This document shows positions 45,227 to 55,689 of a stretch of 64,000 nt of DNA, piece after piece (the stretch's first letter is position 1; each line of letters begins with the position of its first letter). Origin of the DNA: a bacterium (lineage in GTDB: Bacteria > Patescibacteriota > Minisyncoccia > Phycocordibacterales > UBA9973); NCBI GenBank assembly GCA_021824345.1, contig JAKAKW010000004.1, positions 11,019-75,018 on the forward strand, given 5' to 3'. The notes beneath the pieces were generated by a model. The model worked only from the letters and a program-made list of their open reading frames with translations. It searched no databases and was not told the DNA's origin. Position numbers and translations under genes: made by a program.

Positions 45227-45268
45227 AACAGGCAGAGAGGCGTGATCTGTTCCGGAACCGGCGCGCTT

Positions 45269-46189
45269 TTATTTGAGATATTTTCTTATATTCGCCTCGT
45301 GTTCGGAAAAAGTGGCGGCAAAATGCGCTATCCCTTCTTTGTCGTGCAAATAGTAAAGATACGGGGAGCTCTCCGGATAAATGGCATCCTTTATGGATCC
45401 CAATCCCGGATTCCCTATCGGTTCGGAAGGCAAGCCTTTCCTCTTGTACGTACCCGGCGCCACATCCGCCTGCAAAGGCATGCCCATTGAAAGGCGTTTC
45501 CAAAGAATGCCGGAAATTATCGGCCTGTCTTCTTTTCCTTTGGCTTCTTTCTCCAAAAGCGATGCCATTATGATTATATCTCCCTCCGAATGCCCGGAAG
45601 ATTTAATGGCGGGAAGCAGCGAACTTATCCGTTTTGAAAAATTTTCCTCCATCGCCCTCAGTACGTCTTCTTCGGTATCCGGACTGAAAAAAAAGTATGT
45701 GTCCGGAAAAAGATATCCTTCTTTATCGGAGGCTTCTGCCAAAAATTTTGTCTTGTCAAAATTTGGAAGCTTGGCGGAAAAAATTTCCGCAATCTGTTTA
45801 AGATTCGTGCCTTCAGGAATCGTGATTTTTTCCGGAACAAGATGCCTGTCCCCCATGGCCAGCCGCAGGCTGATGTTATAAACCGGAGTCTTTCTGTCAA
45901 ACAGATAATACCCATCCTTGATGCGTCGATCCCCTCCGGATAGAGTAACAAAAAATTCAAAGGCGGAGCGCGAACGGATCAGATGAAGATCATAAAGATC
46001 GGCGGATATTTTTTCCAGAGAGCTCCCTTCTGCCACCTTGTAAAGAGTGTTGGGCGGAAAATTATCAGGCGCGGGAAAAACAAAAAAGAAAAGCCATGCA
46101 AAAACAGCCGCCGCCGCGGGCAAAACCCAAAAAACCGGCCGGCGGACGGTTTTTAGGAATTTTCCAAAAAAAGAAGCGGAACTTTCCAT
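45269..46189 (-). CDS. mltG: Endolytic murein transglycosylase MltG (YceG-like)
   Basis: N-terminal TM; 'LLEKEAKGKEDRPIISGILWKRLSMGMPLQADV' with the catalytic Glu context; 'YLYYLHDKEGIAHFAATFSEHEANIRKY'. Confidence 0.8.
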   Translation of the reverse strand: MESSASFFGKFLKTVRRPVFWVLPAAAAVFAWLFFFVFPAPDNFPPNTLYKVAEGSSLEKISADLYDLHLIRSRSAFEFFVTLSGGDRRIKDGYYLFDRKTPVYNISLRLAMGDRHLVPEKITIPEGTNLKQIAEIFSAKLPNFDKTKFLAEASDKEGYLFPDTYFFFSPDTEEDVLRAMEENFSKRISSLLPAIKSSGHSEGDIIIMASLLEKEAKGKEDRPIISGILWKRLSMGMPLQADVAPGTYKRKGLPSEPIGNPGLGSIKDAIYPESSPYLYYLHDKEGIAHFAATFSEHEANIRKYLK

Positions 46190-46195
46190 AAGTTA

Positions 46196-47623
46196 TTAAA
46201 TAGGCAGATTCGGAGGAGGCGAAGCTTCTTTCGATTCGATGCGTTCGAGAGTGGGCACCCGAAGAATTCGGCCCGGGAAATGCCACAGAGTGGCCAGCTC
46301 TTCGGTATTCATTACCATGGTGTGATGGTGAAAGAAGTTAGGGAATACCAAAGGAGAAATCGGCCAGGGAAGCTTTATCCTATGGCGCATCGGGGGGTGA
46401 AAAAATTCCCTCTCGCGGTATTCCTGGAGCATGCGGTCAGCCAAGCGCAATATTTTCTTTTGAGAAAGAGGAAAGAAGCTGGCAATTTTATTCACCCCGA
46501 AGGCATCCGCTTGAGTCGAATTAAAGCGCCAAAGCTGATTGGACATAGGAGCCGCGTACTGCCGCCAAATGAGGCGAAGATTTCGGCGATGCCCCATATC
46601 GAAGTTTTCTTTCTTTGCGACATAAATCACTCTTATGCCCGTATCAAAACCGACTTTCATCATTTTTTTTGAAGCGCTTTTGGTGGATTCGCCCAAGAAA
46701 TCCGGGGGGCGTATTTCTTTTCCAAAACCTCCGGCCGGATCACCCGGGGCCCTGGCTCTCGAACCCGTAAATTCCTTTAGAAGCTCTCTGATCGTCAACT
46801 CGCTTTCTTTGACCCAATCATGCCACTTAAACCATTTTTCTCCGGTTCTGAATTTCTTTTTGGACGGCGTAATAACTATTTGTGACCACATTTGTTCTCC
46901 CTTGCCTAAAGAGCCGAAAAGTTCTATGACCGGAGCAATAGGATCCACCTTCTCTTCTTCTTTCGGATTCTTGTCCAGTCCGAAATCCACATACGTCTTA
47001 ATCGGAAACGCGTCCGGTTCCTTGTATTTAAATTCGCATCCCCACAAGTTCCACTTGCTGTCCGGAGTAATCTTGTCCACCGCAAGGGTATAATCTTCCA
47101 CTTCCCTGATCTGAGCTTGGGGATATTGGGAATACATCTCCACTTCTATCAGTTCTTTTACTCGAGACGGCGCGTGAATGTAAAAATGCACTTGCCCTTC
47201 TATGGAAGCGATTTCAAGGGAAAACCAAAACCATACCGCTCCCTGCCAATATGTCTCCAATCCGGATTTCTCGCTCCAGTGATATAGGGCATTCGTCAGA
47301 AAAAGTTCCATTGCTTGAGGAGATCGGAGAACTTCCCGCGGGGGTATTATTTCAAGCGTCACCCAAGTAATGCCGGAAATGAAGCGAGCCTGCACATAGT
47401 GCAGCCAGAACATGTGGGCGGTGTAGACCAAAACAATGGCGGCCGCCACCGGCAAAAGAGTGAGCAGCCCCTTGTACAAATAATAGAATACGAAGCTTAT
47501 TACATTGGCGTCGCTGGATAACACCACCGCCAGTGATGGAAAAATAGAGGACAAAAACAAGTAAGCCAGAAGCGCGACAATTAAAACCTCAAACCATTTG
47601 AACGGCTTTTGCTCGTGTTCCAT
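46196..47623 (-). CDS. Hypothetical membrane protein (475 aa, 2-3 N-terminal TM helices plus a large soluble domain)
   Basis: Long ORF with no recognisable motifs and hydrophobic N-terminal segments. Confidence 0.5.
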   Translation of the reverse strand: MEHEQKPFKWFEVLIVALLAYLFLSSIFPSLAVVLSSDANVISFVFYYLYKGLLTLLPVAAAIVLVYTAHMFWLHYVQARFISGITWVTLEIIPPREVLRSPQAMELFLTNALYHWSEKSGLETYWQGAVWFWFSLEIASIEGQVHFYIHAPSRVKELIEVEMYSQYPQAQIREVEDYTLAVDKITPDSKWNLWGCEFKYKEPDAFPIKTYVDFGLDKNPKEEEKVDPIAPVIELFGSLGKGEQMWSQIVITPSKKKFRTGEKWFKWHDWVKESELTIRELLKEFTGSRARAPGDPAGGFGKEIRPPDFLGESTKSASKKMMKVGFDTGIRVIYVAKKENFDMGHRRNLRLIWRQYAAPMSNQLWRFNSTQADAFGVNKIASFFPLSQKKILRLADRMLQEYREREFFHPPMRHRIKLPWPISPLVFPNFFHHHTMVMNTEELATLWHFPGRILRVPTLERIESKEASPPPNLPI

Positions 47624-47691
47624 GCTTGTATTTTAATATATATGGCCGATAAAGAAAAGCGCAAACGGAAAAAGCTCTAAAATATGGGAGT

Positions 47692-47722
47692 AAAAAGTGG
47701 GAGGCAAGGCCTCCCACTTTTT
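47692..47722. repeat. Palindromic hairpin repeat family 1 (GTGGGAGGCAAGGCCTCCCAC) flanked by an A5 run and a T5 run: bidirectional terminator between the convergent 3' ends of the preceding and following features (the 46196-47623 membrane protein and the 47767-48807 HTH gene)
   Basis: The same 21-mer appears in inverted form twice within recR (1523-1566). Confidence 0.7.
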
Positions 47723-47766
47723 ACTCTCGCTTGCCTCCCGCTTTTGAACCAAGCGCTTTTGAGTAT

Positions 47767-48807
47767 TTACGCCAAAGAATAAAGCCCCGCCTTCGTCCGC
47801 TTGAAATATTTTGAATTCACCAGATTTACCAAAATAGTGTTCCGTTTGAAATAGCGCTCTTTCATTACCCGTTCTATTATGTCTTCCTTGGAAAGAGGGC
47901 CTTCTTTCTTTAAGATGTCGCGTATAACTTCCCGGGCAATGCCGGCCTTGTATCCCCATTCAGCCAGAGCATACAGCCCTCTGCCCACCAATACGAATCG
48001 GGGGTCCTTGATCAATTCATTGTGGCAAGTGGCATAATGAGTCTTCTTTCCGAACTGCTTGGTAATGGCATCCGCCACTTCACGAAAATGCATAGGCGAA
48101 CCGTGCTTGCGCATAATGAGGTACGCGTAATCCTTCACTCCGCGGGTGCGGATATTGTGCGAAGTATATTTTCCCCATTCGCCCAGCGGATTCTTGGCTA
48201 TGGTCTTGGATATCGCGAGCCATCTCTTGGCGATTTCCTCATCGCGGTAACTGTCGGAAATATCCTTCATGCGTTCCAGGAATTTTTTTACCATCTCGCT
48301 TTCGGGAATAATATCTTCGTCATTCAAACTGGCATAAAGATTCTTCAGAGCCTCGTGCACCTTGTCCGCCATTTTGTCGTCCACGCTCCAGCGCGACTTG
48401 AAATGGTGATCTTCGGAATGTTTTTTAAAGTAGTCTCCAAGCTCCAAGAAAAACTGGACGTGGTTCTGCACCGACTTGTCCTTGGAAATATGATGCAGAA
48501 GATCGTGCTCCGAAACAATGGCTCCCAGGGAATGGATAAGCTCTTTCAGTTCATCAAAAACCTCCACTTCCTCTTTGAAAGCGTCGGATTTCTTTATCAT
48601 ATTCAAAGCCACATTCTCTATTTGGCGCACCCGCTCCCGGGTAATCCCGTATTTTTTCCCTATCTCTTCAAGAGTTTTCTTTTTGGCATCTGAAGTCAGG
48701 CCGTAACGATTCAAGATTACGTCCTTAACGCGATCTCCCAGATGTGAAGTTATTTTCTTTGTAACTTGCTTGGGTTTGAAAGATATATTTGACATAAAAT
48801 TGCTCAA
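47767..48807 (-). CDS. DNA-binding protein with an N-terminal sigma-70 region-4-type HTH and a C-terminal HARE-HTH-like winged helix
   Basis: 'LNRYGLTSDAKKKTLEEIGKKYGITRERVRQIENVALNMI' has the classic region 4.2 pattern. C-terminal 'PRFVLVGRGLYALAEWGY' resembles the HARE-HTH motif (G.YgL.eW). Confidence 0.5.
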   Translation of the reverse strand: MSNFMSNISFKPKQVTKKITSHLGDRVKDVILNRYGLTSDAKKKTLEEIGKKYGITRERVRQIENVALNMIKKSDAFKEEVEVFDELKELIHSLGAIVSEHDLLHHISKDKSVQNHVQFFLELGDYFKKHSEDHHFKSRWSVDDKMADKVHEALKNLYASLNDEDIIPESEMVKKFLERMKDISDSYRDEEIAKRWLAISKTIAKNPLGEWGKYTSHNIRTRGVKDYAYLIMRKHGSPMHFREVADAITKQFGKKTHYATCHNELIKDPRFVLVGRGLYALAEWGYKAGIAREVIRDILKKEGPLSKEDIIERVMKERYFKRNTILVNLVNSKYFKRTKAGLYSLA

Positions 48808-48864
48808 AAAAGATATGCGTGTTTGTATATTTTATACGTTTCCCGGGCGCTTGTCAAACAAGGT

Positions 48865-50670
48865 TCATTTCTCCCTGTTTGCCCGCACTCGGTCAAGCTC
48901 AGTCAGGTATTTTTTGCGCAAACGCACCGAATGAGGGGTAATTTCCAGATATTCATCCTCGTTCATTACCTCCAAACCCCTTTCTATATTCAACACAAAA
49001 ACGGGATTCAGATATATGGCCTCGTCGCTCCCGGAGGCGCGCATGTTTGAAAGCTGCTTGCCTTTGGTGGGGTTTACTGCCATTTCATCCCCCTTTAAAA
49101 CATTGCCGACGACCATTCCTTCGTAAACTTCCGTACCGTGACCTATGTATAATATACCACGTTCTTGTAAATTTGCAAGAGCAAAAGCCACCGCCTTGCC
49201 GCTGGTCATTGAAGCCATGGATCCATACTCCTTTCTCTTTACCTCCCCGGCGTATTCTCTGAACCCTATAAAGCGGGAGGAAAGGATCCCTTCGCCTTTG
49301 GTATCAACGATAAATTCGTTTCTGTAGCCCAAAAGGCCGCGGGTCGGAATCTCAAAAACGATCCGCGCGGTATTTTCTTTCTGGGACATATCTTTCATAA
49401 TTCCTCGGCGTTTCCCCAGCTTTTCTATCACCGTTCCTGAATACTCGTTGGGCACATCAATGATTGTTTCCTCATAAGGCTCCTTTTTAACGCCTGCCTC
49501 TTCTTTGATTATCACCTCCGGCTGAGATACTTGCATTTCGAATCCTTCCCGGCGCATGTTTTCCAAAAGCACCGCCAGGTGCAGTTCGCCCCGGCCGTAT
49601 ATTTTGAAAAAGGACGGGCCGGAATGCGTTCCTTGTTCCGGAGAAAAATCCACTTTCAGCCCGACGTTCACCTCCAGCTCCTTTTCCAACCGCTCTTTCA
49701 GCTGGCGGGAAGTGACAAACTTTCCTTCCCTGCCGGCGAAGGGTGAATCGTTCACCAACAGATTCAGCGACATGGTCGGCTCGTCTATGGCGATGGCCGG
49801 CATGGCGAGGACTGATTCGTCTTCACATACCGTTTCTCCGATAAAAATATCCGGAATGCCGGCTATCATGACTATGTCCCCGGATTCGGCGGAGGGAACC
49901 TCCTTTCGGCTCACTCCCTCAAAACTGAACAATTTTGTAATCTTTCCCTTTCTGGATCCTTTTTCATTTTTTATATAAACTTGAGAACCGGACAGAATTT
50001 TCCCGGAATATATCCGGACTATCGCCATGCGTCCGAGAAAGTTATCATATGCCAAATTAAAAACCTGGGCGGACATTTTTTCATCCTCCCTCCCGGAAGC
50101 AGGCGGAACTTTTTTCAGTATTGAATCCAAGAGAGGAGAAAGATCCGTTGAGGCATCTTCCAGCTTCCGCTTGGCAATGCCGTCCCTCCCGACGGCATAA
50201 ACCGTTTCAAAATCAGCCTGCTCGTCAGTGGCGCCAAGCTCCAAAAACAGTTCGAAAATCTCTTCGTGCACTCTGGCCGGGTCCGCCGCGGGCTTGTCTA
50301 TTTTATTTATTACGACTATCGGCTTAATGCCCAGCTCCAGAGATTTCTTAAGCACGAAACGGGTTTGAGGCATGGGGCCCTCCGCCGCATCCACCAAAAG
50401 GAGAACAGAGTCTATTGCTCGCAGCACTCGTTCCACCTCCGAGCCGAAATCCGCGTGCCCCGGGGTATCTACTATGTTTATCTTGGTGCCTTTGTAATAT
50501 ATTGAAGTGTTTTTGGAATAAATGGTGATGCCGCGTTCCTTTTCCAAAGCATTTGTGTCCATGGTAAAACCCTCTTCTTCGGTTGCGCCGTTTTGGCGCA
50601 TTAAAGCGTCGGTCAAGGTTGTCTTGCCGTGATCCACGTGCGCAATTATTGCGATGTTTCTGATTTCCAT
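48865..50670 (-). CDS. typA: Translational GTPase TypA/BipA
   Basis: '[22 protein letters not shown]', 'DTPGHADF', 'NKIDKP', EF-G-like domains. The listed ORF extends to 50718; start chosen at MEIRNIAII. Confidence 0.9.
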   Translation of the reverse strand: MEIRNIAIIAHVDHGKTTLTDALMRQNGATEEEGFTMDTNALEKERGITIYSKNTSIYYKGTKINIVDTPGHADFGSEVERVLRAIDSVLLLVDAAEGPMPQTRFVLKKSLELGIKPIVVINKIDKPAADPARVHEEIFELFLELGATDEQADFETVYAVGRDGIAKRKLEDASTDLSPLLDSILKKVPPASGREDEKMSAQVFNLAYDNFLGRMAIVRIYSGKILSGSQVYIKNEKGSRKGKITKLFSFEGVSRKEVPSAESGDIVMIAGIPDIFIGETVCEDESVLAMPAIAIDEPTMSLNLLVNDSPFAGREGKFVTSRQLKERLEKELEVNVGLKVDFSPEQGTHSGPSFFKIYGRGELHLAVLLENMRREGFEMQVSQPEVIIKEEAGVKKEPYEETIIDVPNEYSGTVIEKLGKRRGIMKDMSQKENTARIVFEIPTRGLLGYRNEFIVDTKGEGILSSRFIGFREYAGEVKRKEYGSMASMTSGKAVAFALANLQERGILYIGHGTEVYEGMVVGNVLKGDEMAVNPTKGKQLSNMRASGSDEAIYLNPVFVLNIERGLEVMNEDEYLEITPHSVRLRKKYLTELDRVRANREK

Positions 50671-50741
50671 GCTTGCTAAATAGAAAAAGCCTTCCGGCTT
50701 TTTCTCATAATAACACAATTGAAGAAAAAATAATAGCTTTG

Positions 50742-50813
50742 TGACTCCGGCAGGAATCGGACCTGCATCATAAGTTCCGGAAACTTACGTTCTATCCATT
50801 GAACTACGGAGCC
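50742..50813 (-). tRNA. tRNA-Arg (anticodon CCG), 72 nt, no encoded CCA, unusual T-loop TCCGATT
   Basis: Hand-folded from the reverse complement: acceptor GGCTCCG/CGGAGTC, D-arm GTTC-AATGGATA-GAAC, anticodon arm TAAGT-TTCCGGA-ACTTA, T-arm GCAGG-TCCGATT-CCTGC. Confidence 0.6.
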
Positions 50814-50823
50814 GGGATGCTTG

Positions 50824-50907
50824 TGCGCCGGGTAGGATTCGAACCTACGTAGCCCGAAGGGCGATTGATTTACAGTCAATTGCAATTGACCACTCTGCCA
50901 CCGACGC
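50824..50907 (-). tRNA. tRNA-Tyr (anticodon GTA), class II with a long variable arm
   Basis: Acceptor GCGTCGG/CCGGCGC, anticodon arm ATTGA-CTGTAAA-TCAAT, variable arm CGCCCTTCGGGCTAC, T-arm GTAGG-TTCGAAT-CCTAC. Confidence 0.75.
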
Positions 50908-50968
50908 ATTATCCGCCGTTTTAAAGGACGGATATAAAATACCACAAAAAATGTTTTCTAACAATCCA

Positions 50969-53668
50969 CTAAGGAATTGATTTTATCGGAATGGCGCTTT
51001 TGGTGCGCCCGTGTTTCGCTTCAATTGAGAGCTCCCCTCCGCGTACGTGCACGAATATAGTATCACCGCTTGCTACTCCGTTTGAAATGATATAGGAAGC
51101 CACCGGGTTCAGAATCTTGTTCTGAATCAGGCGGTTCAACGGCCTGGCCCCGTAATGAGGATCGTATCCTTCCTTGGCCAGAAGCGACAGCGCTTCTTCT
51201 GAAATCTTCAGACCGATGCCTTTCTGCCCCAGCCGGTCTCCCACCACCTTGATGCGCAAGCCGACGATTTCCTTGATTGATTTTTCCGACAAGAGGTCAA
51301 AGACAATGGTCTCGTCTATGCGGTTCAAAAACTCCGGGCGGAAATGGTCTTTAAGCGTTTCTAAAATTTTGTCTTTCATCTGATTGTAGTCCTGCTCCGC
51401 TTTGTTGTTGGAAAAACCGATGGACTCCATCCTTTCCACGAAGTGAGAACCTATATTGGAGGTCAGAATGATAATGGCATTCTTGAAGTTCACCATCCTC
51501 CCTTTGCCGTCCGTCAAACGGCCTTCGTCTATCACCTGAAGGAGCATATTAAAAACTTCCGGATGGGCTTTTTCAATTTCGTCAAAAAGCACCACGGCAT
51601 ACGGGCGATGGCGGATTGCTTCGGTCAGCTGGCCGGATTCTTCGTAACCCACGTATCCGGGAGGAGAACCGATTAGTTTGGAAACGGAATGGCGTTCCAT
51701 GTACTCGGACATGTCCACCCGAATCAGGGCGCTTTCGTCGTTAAACATGAATTGAGCCAGCGCTTTGGTAAGCTCTGTCTTGCCAACTCCCGTCGGACCC
51801 AAGAAGATGAAGGAGCCGATGGGCCTGTTCGGATCCGAAATGCCGGCCCTGGAACGCCGGATTACATCCGAGATCCGCTTAATGGCGTTGTCCTGTCCGA
51901 CAACTCTCTTTCCGAGCTCATCTTCCATGTGCTCGAGCTTGGCTCTGTCTTCTTCAAGCATCTTGGTTAGAGGAATTCCGGTCCAGCGCGAAACCACTTC
52001 CGCCACATCTTCGGAATTCACTTCTTCCTTCAGCACTCGGTGGGATTTCTGAAGTTTCTTTAATCGAGAAAGCTTGATGTCGAGCTCCTTCTTCAAGGAA
52101 GGTATCTTTCCATAGCGTATTTCCGCCGCTTTGGACAGATCTGAACGCATCTCCGCGTTTTCCGCCTCAAGGCGCATGGATTCCAGCTCTTTCTTTATGG
52201 AACGTATTTCCATCACTATTCCCTTTTCGTTTTGCCACTTCAGCTCAAGCTCTTTCGTCTTTTCCCGCAGATCGGCAATTTCTTTGTCGATATTTTTCAC
52301 TCTTTCCTTAATTACCTTTTGTTTGTGCTTTTCCTCCGCGGTCAAGATTCCGCTAAAAGCGGAAATTTCATTTTTTAACGCTTCCTTTTCCACTTCAAGC
52401 CGCATGATCTTCCGGTGGGTTTCTTCCAAAACCGGCGGCTTGTTTTCAAGAGCAATTTTCAGAGAAGAAGAAGCTTCGTCAATAAGGTCCACCGCTTTAT
52501 CCGGCAAAAACCTGTTGGTAATATAGCGGGTGGAAAGATTCACCGCCGCCACAATAGCATCGTCCGTAATGCGTACGCCATGGAAAAGCTCGTACTTTTC
52601 CTTTAATCCGCGCAAAATGGTAATCGTATCTTCAATGTTCGGCTCATCTATGTAAACGGGCTGAAAACGCCTGGCCAAAGCGGGGTCCTTTTCAATGTAT
52701 TTCTGATATTCGCGCAAAGTGGTGGCGCCAATGGCCCGCAGTTCCCCCCGGGAAAGAGCAGGCTTTAACATATTGGAAGCATCCATGGTGCCTTCGGTCC
52801 CTCCGGCTCCCACTATCGTATGTATTTCGTCGATAAAAAGAATGACTTTCCCTTCGGCGCGCTCTATTTCCTTCATGATACCTTTCAGTCTCTCTTCAAA
52901 TTCTCCGCGGTATTTTGTGCCGGCGATAAGAAGCCCGAGGTCAAGGGATACTATCTCCTTGTCTTTCAAAGATTCGCTTACATTGCTTTTGACGATGCGC
53001 TCTGCCAGGCCTTCCACTACCGCCGTCTTGCCGGTACCCGCTTCTCCTATCAGAATCGGATTATTTTTTGTGCGCCGGGAAAGAATCTGCATTATGCGGG
53101 TAATTTCATTGTCCCGCCCGATTACCGGGTCAAGCTTGTCCTCCTTGGCAAGCTTGGTCAAGTTGCGAGTATATTTTTGGAGGAGGCGGAATTTTTTCGG
53201 TTCGCTCACATCGGTAATATTTTGATTGCGCAGCTCTTCCAGCACTTTCATCACCGCATCCTTTTGGATTCGATACCTTGAAAGAACTTCCCTCGCTTCG
53301 CTTGGAACTTCCAACATGGCTATGAACAAATGTTCGGTAGACACAAAGTCATCCTTCATGAATTCGGCCAGTTTTACCGAGTGCTCAATGACCTGGGCCA
53401 AATCGGGATTCAGATATATCTGGTAAGAGGGAGTGAGAGTGCTGTGGGCCTCCGGCAACTCTATGGCCTCCAATATGGAGTCTGACAGCAACACCGTGTC
53501 CACTTCCAACTTGTCCAGGATGGAATTCACCATGCTTTCTTCCTGCAAAAGCAGAGCGGCAAGAAGATGCGCCGAAGAAACGTGGTTTTGTCCGCGCTCT
53601 ATGGCCAGCTCGTGAGCTTTTTTGATGGCCTCCCTTGATTTGGCTGTAAATTTGTGAAGTGGTGGCAT
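50969..53668 (-). CDS. clpB: Chaperone ClpB (Hsp100 disaggregase)
   Basis: Two AAA+ modules ('[15 protein letters not shown]', '[15 protein letters not shown]'), a middle coiled-coil domain and a Clp N-domain; 899 aa. Confidence 0.92.
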   Translation of the reverse strand: MPPLHKFTAKSREAIKKAHELAIERGQNHVSSAHLLAALLLQEESMVNSILDKLEVDTVLLSDSILEAIELPEAHSTLTPSYQIYLNPDLAQVIEHSVKLAEFMKDDFVSTEHLFIAMLEVPSEAREVLSRYRIQKDAVMKVLEELRNQNITDVSEPKKFRLLQKYTRNLTKLAKEDKLDPVIGRDNEITRIMQILSRRTKNNPILIGEAGTGKTAVVEGLAERIVKSNVSESLKDKEIVSLDLGLLIAGTKYRGEFEERLKGIMKEIERAEGKVILFIDEIHTIVGAGGTEGTMDASNMLKPALSRGELRAIGATTLREYQKYIEKDPALARRFQPVYIDEPNIEDTITILRGLKEKYELFHGVRITDDAIVAAVNLSTRYITNRFLPDKAVDLIDEASSSLKIALENKPPVLEETHRKIMRLEVEKEALKNEISAFSGILTAEEKHKQKVIKERVKNIDKEIADLREKTKELELKWQNEKGIVMEIRSIKKELESMRLEAENAEMRSDLSKAAEIRYGKIPSLKKELDIKLSRLKKLQKSHRVLKEEVNSEDVAEVVSRWTGIPLTKMLEEDRAKLEHMEDELGKRVVGQDNAIKRISDVIRRSRAGISDPNRPIGSFIFLGPTGVGKTELTKALAQFMFNDESALIRVDMSEYMERHSVSKLIGSPPGYVGYEESGQLTEAIRHRPYAVVLFDEIEKAHPEVFNMLLQVIDEGRLTDGKGRMVNFKNAIIILTSNIGSHFVERMESIGFSNNKAEQDYNQMKDKILETLKDHFRPEFLNRIDETIVFDLLSEKSIKEIVGLRIKVVGDRLGQKGIGLKISEEALSLLAKEGYDPHYGARPLNRLIQNKILNPVASYIISNGVASGDTIFVHVRGGELSIEAKHGRTKSAIPIKSIP

Positions 53669-53689
53669 AAATTTGTATAAATTAAATTG

Positions 53690-54466
53690 TTATATGTTTT
53701 GTATCGAATTAAGGACGCTATTCACCGCCGAAAGAGGAACAAATCCGGCCCCGGGAAAAGCAAAACCGATAACTTCCCCGTTTAAATCCAAGACTATCGA
53801 ATCCCCGAAGCTTCCCGCTTGTCCGAAACCGTCGGCGCCCATATCCAGGCTGGGGCTTCCGTTATATATGAAAGAAGAAATATTATCCCCCAAAAGCACT
53901 ATTTTTTGTCCGGCTTTCAAGCTGCTCAAATCAGCTTGTTTCATCTTTGGAAAAGAAAGCTTGTCCGTTCCATTTACCGGCGCCCCTATTTTCAAAAGAG
54001 AAAATTTGTTCTGGCCGCTGGGAATGAAACTTGCCGTAAATTTTCCGCTCTGGTTTTCCACGAAATATGTTCCGTCACTGGGCACCTCTGAAGCGTTTGC
54101 CGCTATTATTCCCTTGTCCGACACTGCGAATCCGTCTCCGAGTCTCGTTTCAATAATTTTTCCGTCAGCGCCGGACGTTCCCATGCTGATGGAAAACATT
54201 TCCGGCTTGTTGTCCGCCACGGCGCTTACCACCAAGTCTTCCTCCTTTACCACTACGGTATTGACCACCGGCTTCCCGTCCTGCGGCACTATTTTGTCCA
54301 CCGTCTCTCTCACTACCCGGTTTATGGGAACCGTAACCGACTGCGGGGCCTGCTGCATCAGAGTGACGGTGGTAATACCCGTGGCCAGCGAGGTCACAAA
54401 CGACAGAAGAAGCGCCAGGAGTATCAGCTGGGATCTGCTTAAATCTTTTATGTCCATTGGGGTCAA
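53690..54466 (-). CDS. Membrane-anchored trypsin-like (HtrA/S1C-like) domain protein, possibly catalytically degenerate
   Basis: N-terminal TM. 'GFAVSDKGIIAANASEV' and 'GSFGDSIVLDLNGEVIGFAF' resemble HtrA 'GSGF...TNAHV' and 'GNSGGPL.N..GEVIGIN', but the GNSGG serine box reads GSFGDS. The opposite-strand ORF 53673-54512 was rejected. Confidence 0.45.
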   Translation of the reverse strand: MTPMDIKDLSRSQLILLALLLSFVTSLATGITTVTLMQQAPQSVTVPINRVVRETVDKIVPQDGKPVVNTVVVKEEDLVVSAVADNKPEMFSISMGTSGADGKIIETRLGDGFAVSDKGIIAANASEVPSDGTYFVENQSGKFTASFIPSGQNKFSLLKIGAPVNGTDKLSFPKMKQADLSSLKAGQKIVLLGDNISSFIYNGSPSLDMGADGFGQAGSFGDSIVLDLNGEVIGFAFPGAGFVPLSAVNSVLNSIQNI

Positions 54467-55665
54467 TTATACCACTTTTTCAGTTTTTTCAAAACTTCTG
54501 AAACCGCTTTAAAGGCATAATCAACTTCTCCTTTTTTTACTCCGGGTCCGAAGGAAAAACGCAGGGATCCCATATTGGCCGCACCGGCAGTATGAGCGGA
54601 GGGTAACCCTCCGCCTCTTTTAACGAGCGGAGGGTTACCCTCCGCTTTGCGTATCGCCCGGATCACGTGCGACGCTTTTTTATCGCCCGATTTGCAAGCG
54701 CTCTTCTCCGAAACCATTACTCCGCGTTCGGATAGCTCTATCACCATAAGATCGCTCGGCATATTCGGAAAAGTGACATTTAAATTGTTCGGCAATCTGT
54801 TTTCAATGCTTCCGTTCACTATTACGTCCTTTCCGAGAATATCTTTCGCGGATTTGGCGATTCCGCGCAGAAAATAATCGCGAAGGCCTGCGATCCGCTT
54901 CGCCTCTTTTTTCGATCTGCCTCGCGCGGACTCAAGAGCCTTCGCAAACTTTGATATTTCAAAAAGGTTCTCCGTTCCCGGACGCAAGCCGTGCTCTTGC
55001 CCGCCCCCGCCAAAAACCGGAGAAAGAGGCGTTGATTTTCTCTTAAAAAGAACTCCAATTCGCCCGGCTCCGGAAATCTTTGCTCCGGAAACGGTCATCA
55101 TGTCCACGCCGAGGCGTTCCACATTCAAATCCAAATAGTTTGCAGCCTGCACTGCATCCGTATGAAAATACGGAAGAAGGCTTTTTTCACGCTTGCGCCA
55201 ATGCCTTATTTCCTTGGCGATTTCCCGGATAGGCTCCACTGTGCCTATTTCATTGTTTGCATACATGACTGAGACGAGAACGGTGTTTTTTTTGATCGCT
55301 TTCTTCACTTTTTTCGGATCTATCCTTCCATCCGCCTCCGCCGGAACGACTGAAACCTCCGCTAACTTTCTTTTCTTCAACATATCGGCGGTCTCAAGCA
55401 CGGAAGGATGCTCAATATTCGTGGTAACGATATGCGGCATCTTTTTGGAAAAAGCCAATACTGCCCCCTGTACCGCCAGATTATTGCTTTCGGTTCCTCC
55501 GCTCGTGAATATTATTTCTTCCTCCCTCGCCCCCAAAATACCCGCCGTAATTTTCCTGGCTTTCTTCAGTTTCTTCTTCGCTTCACTGCCGGCCTCATGA
55601 ATGGAACTCGGATTCGGTTCGGCGGAGGAAGCGTAATCCATATATATTTTCCTTGATTTGGGCAT
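54463..55665 (-). CDS. Cysteine desulfurase (IscS/NifS-like class V aminotransferase) carrying an in-frame double palindromic-repeat insertion
   Basis: 'IYMDYASSAEPNP', 'FTSGGTESNNLAV', 'SGAKISGAGRIG' (PLP-Lys region) and C-terminal '...LRFSFG'. Start chosen at MPKSRKIY (the listed ORF extends to 55707). Confidence 0.85.
   Translation of the reverse strand: MPKSRKIYMDYASSAEPNPSSIHEAGSEAKKKLKKARKITAGILGAREEEIIFTSGGTESNNLAVQGAVLAFSKKMPHIVTTNIEHPSVLETADMLKKRKLAEVSVVPAEADGRIDPKKVKKAIKKNTVLVSVMYANNEIGTVEPIREIAKEIRHWRKREKSLLPYFHTDAVQAANYLDLNVERLGVDMMTVSGAKISGAGRIGVLFKRKSTPLSPVFGGGGQEHGLRPGTENLFEISKFAKALESARGRSKKEAKRIAGLRDYFLRGIAKSAKDILGKDVIVNGSIENRLPNNLNVTFPNMPSDLMVIELSERGVMVSEKSACKSGDKKASHVIRAIRKAEGNPPLVKRGGGLPSAHTAGAANMGSLRFSFGPGVKKGEVDYAFKAVSEVLKKLKKWYN
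54594..54645. repeat. Two direct copies (31-bp period) of hairpin repeat family 2 (GAGCGGAGGGTAACCCTCCGC and GAGCGGAGGGTTACCCTCCGC) inside the cysteine desulfurase reading frame
   Basis: On the coding strand they translate in frame as 'AEGNPPLVKRGGGLPSAH', lying between the conserved 'SHVIRA' and 'SLRFSFG' segments, where canonical IscS/NifS has only a short loop. Confidence 0.85.
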
Positions 55666-55689
55666 GGAAATAGTATATATTGAACCAGC

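Noticed and set aside
47633-47959. 108-aa minus-strand ORF containing 'KWEALPPT'
   Set aside because: It spans an intergenic region and its only notable peptide is the translation of the family-1 hairpin repeat. It is called as repeat and terminator, not CDS.
53673-54512. 279-aa plus-strand ORF opposite the trypsin-like gene
   Set aside because: The Ser/Thr/Pro-rich, low-complexity translation is typical of the antisense of a beta-rich protein. The minus-strand frame has a TM anchor plus recognisable HtrA-like blocks and matches the orientation of the neighbouring clpB and desulfurase genes.
1523-54645. CRISPR array formed by the recurring GGAGG-rich palindromes
   Set aside because: Copies are scattered singly or in pairs over 50 kb, have no regular spacer periodicity and some lie inside ORFs. 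This is the behaviour of REP/RPE-like elements, not CRISPR repeats.
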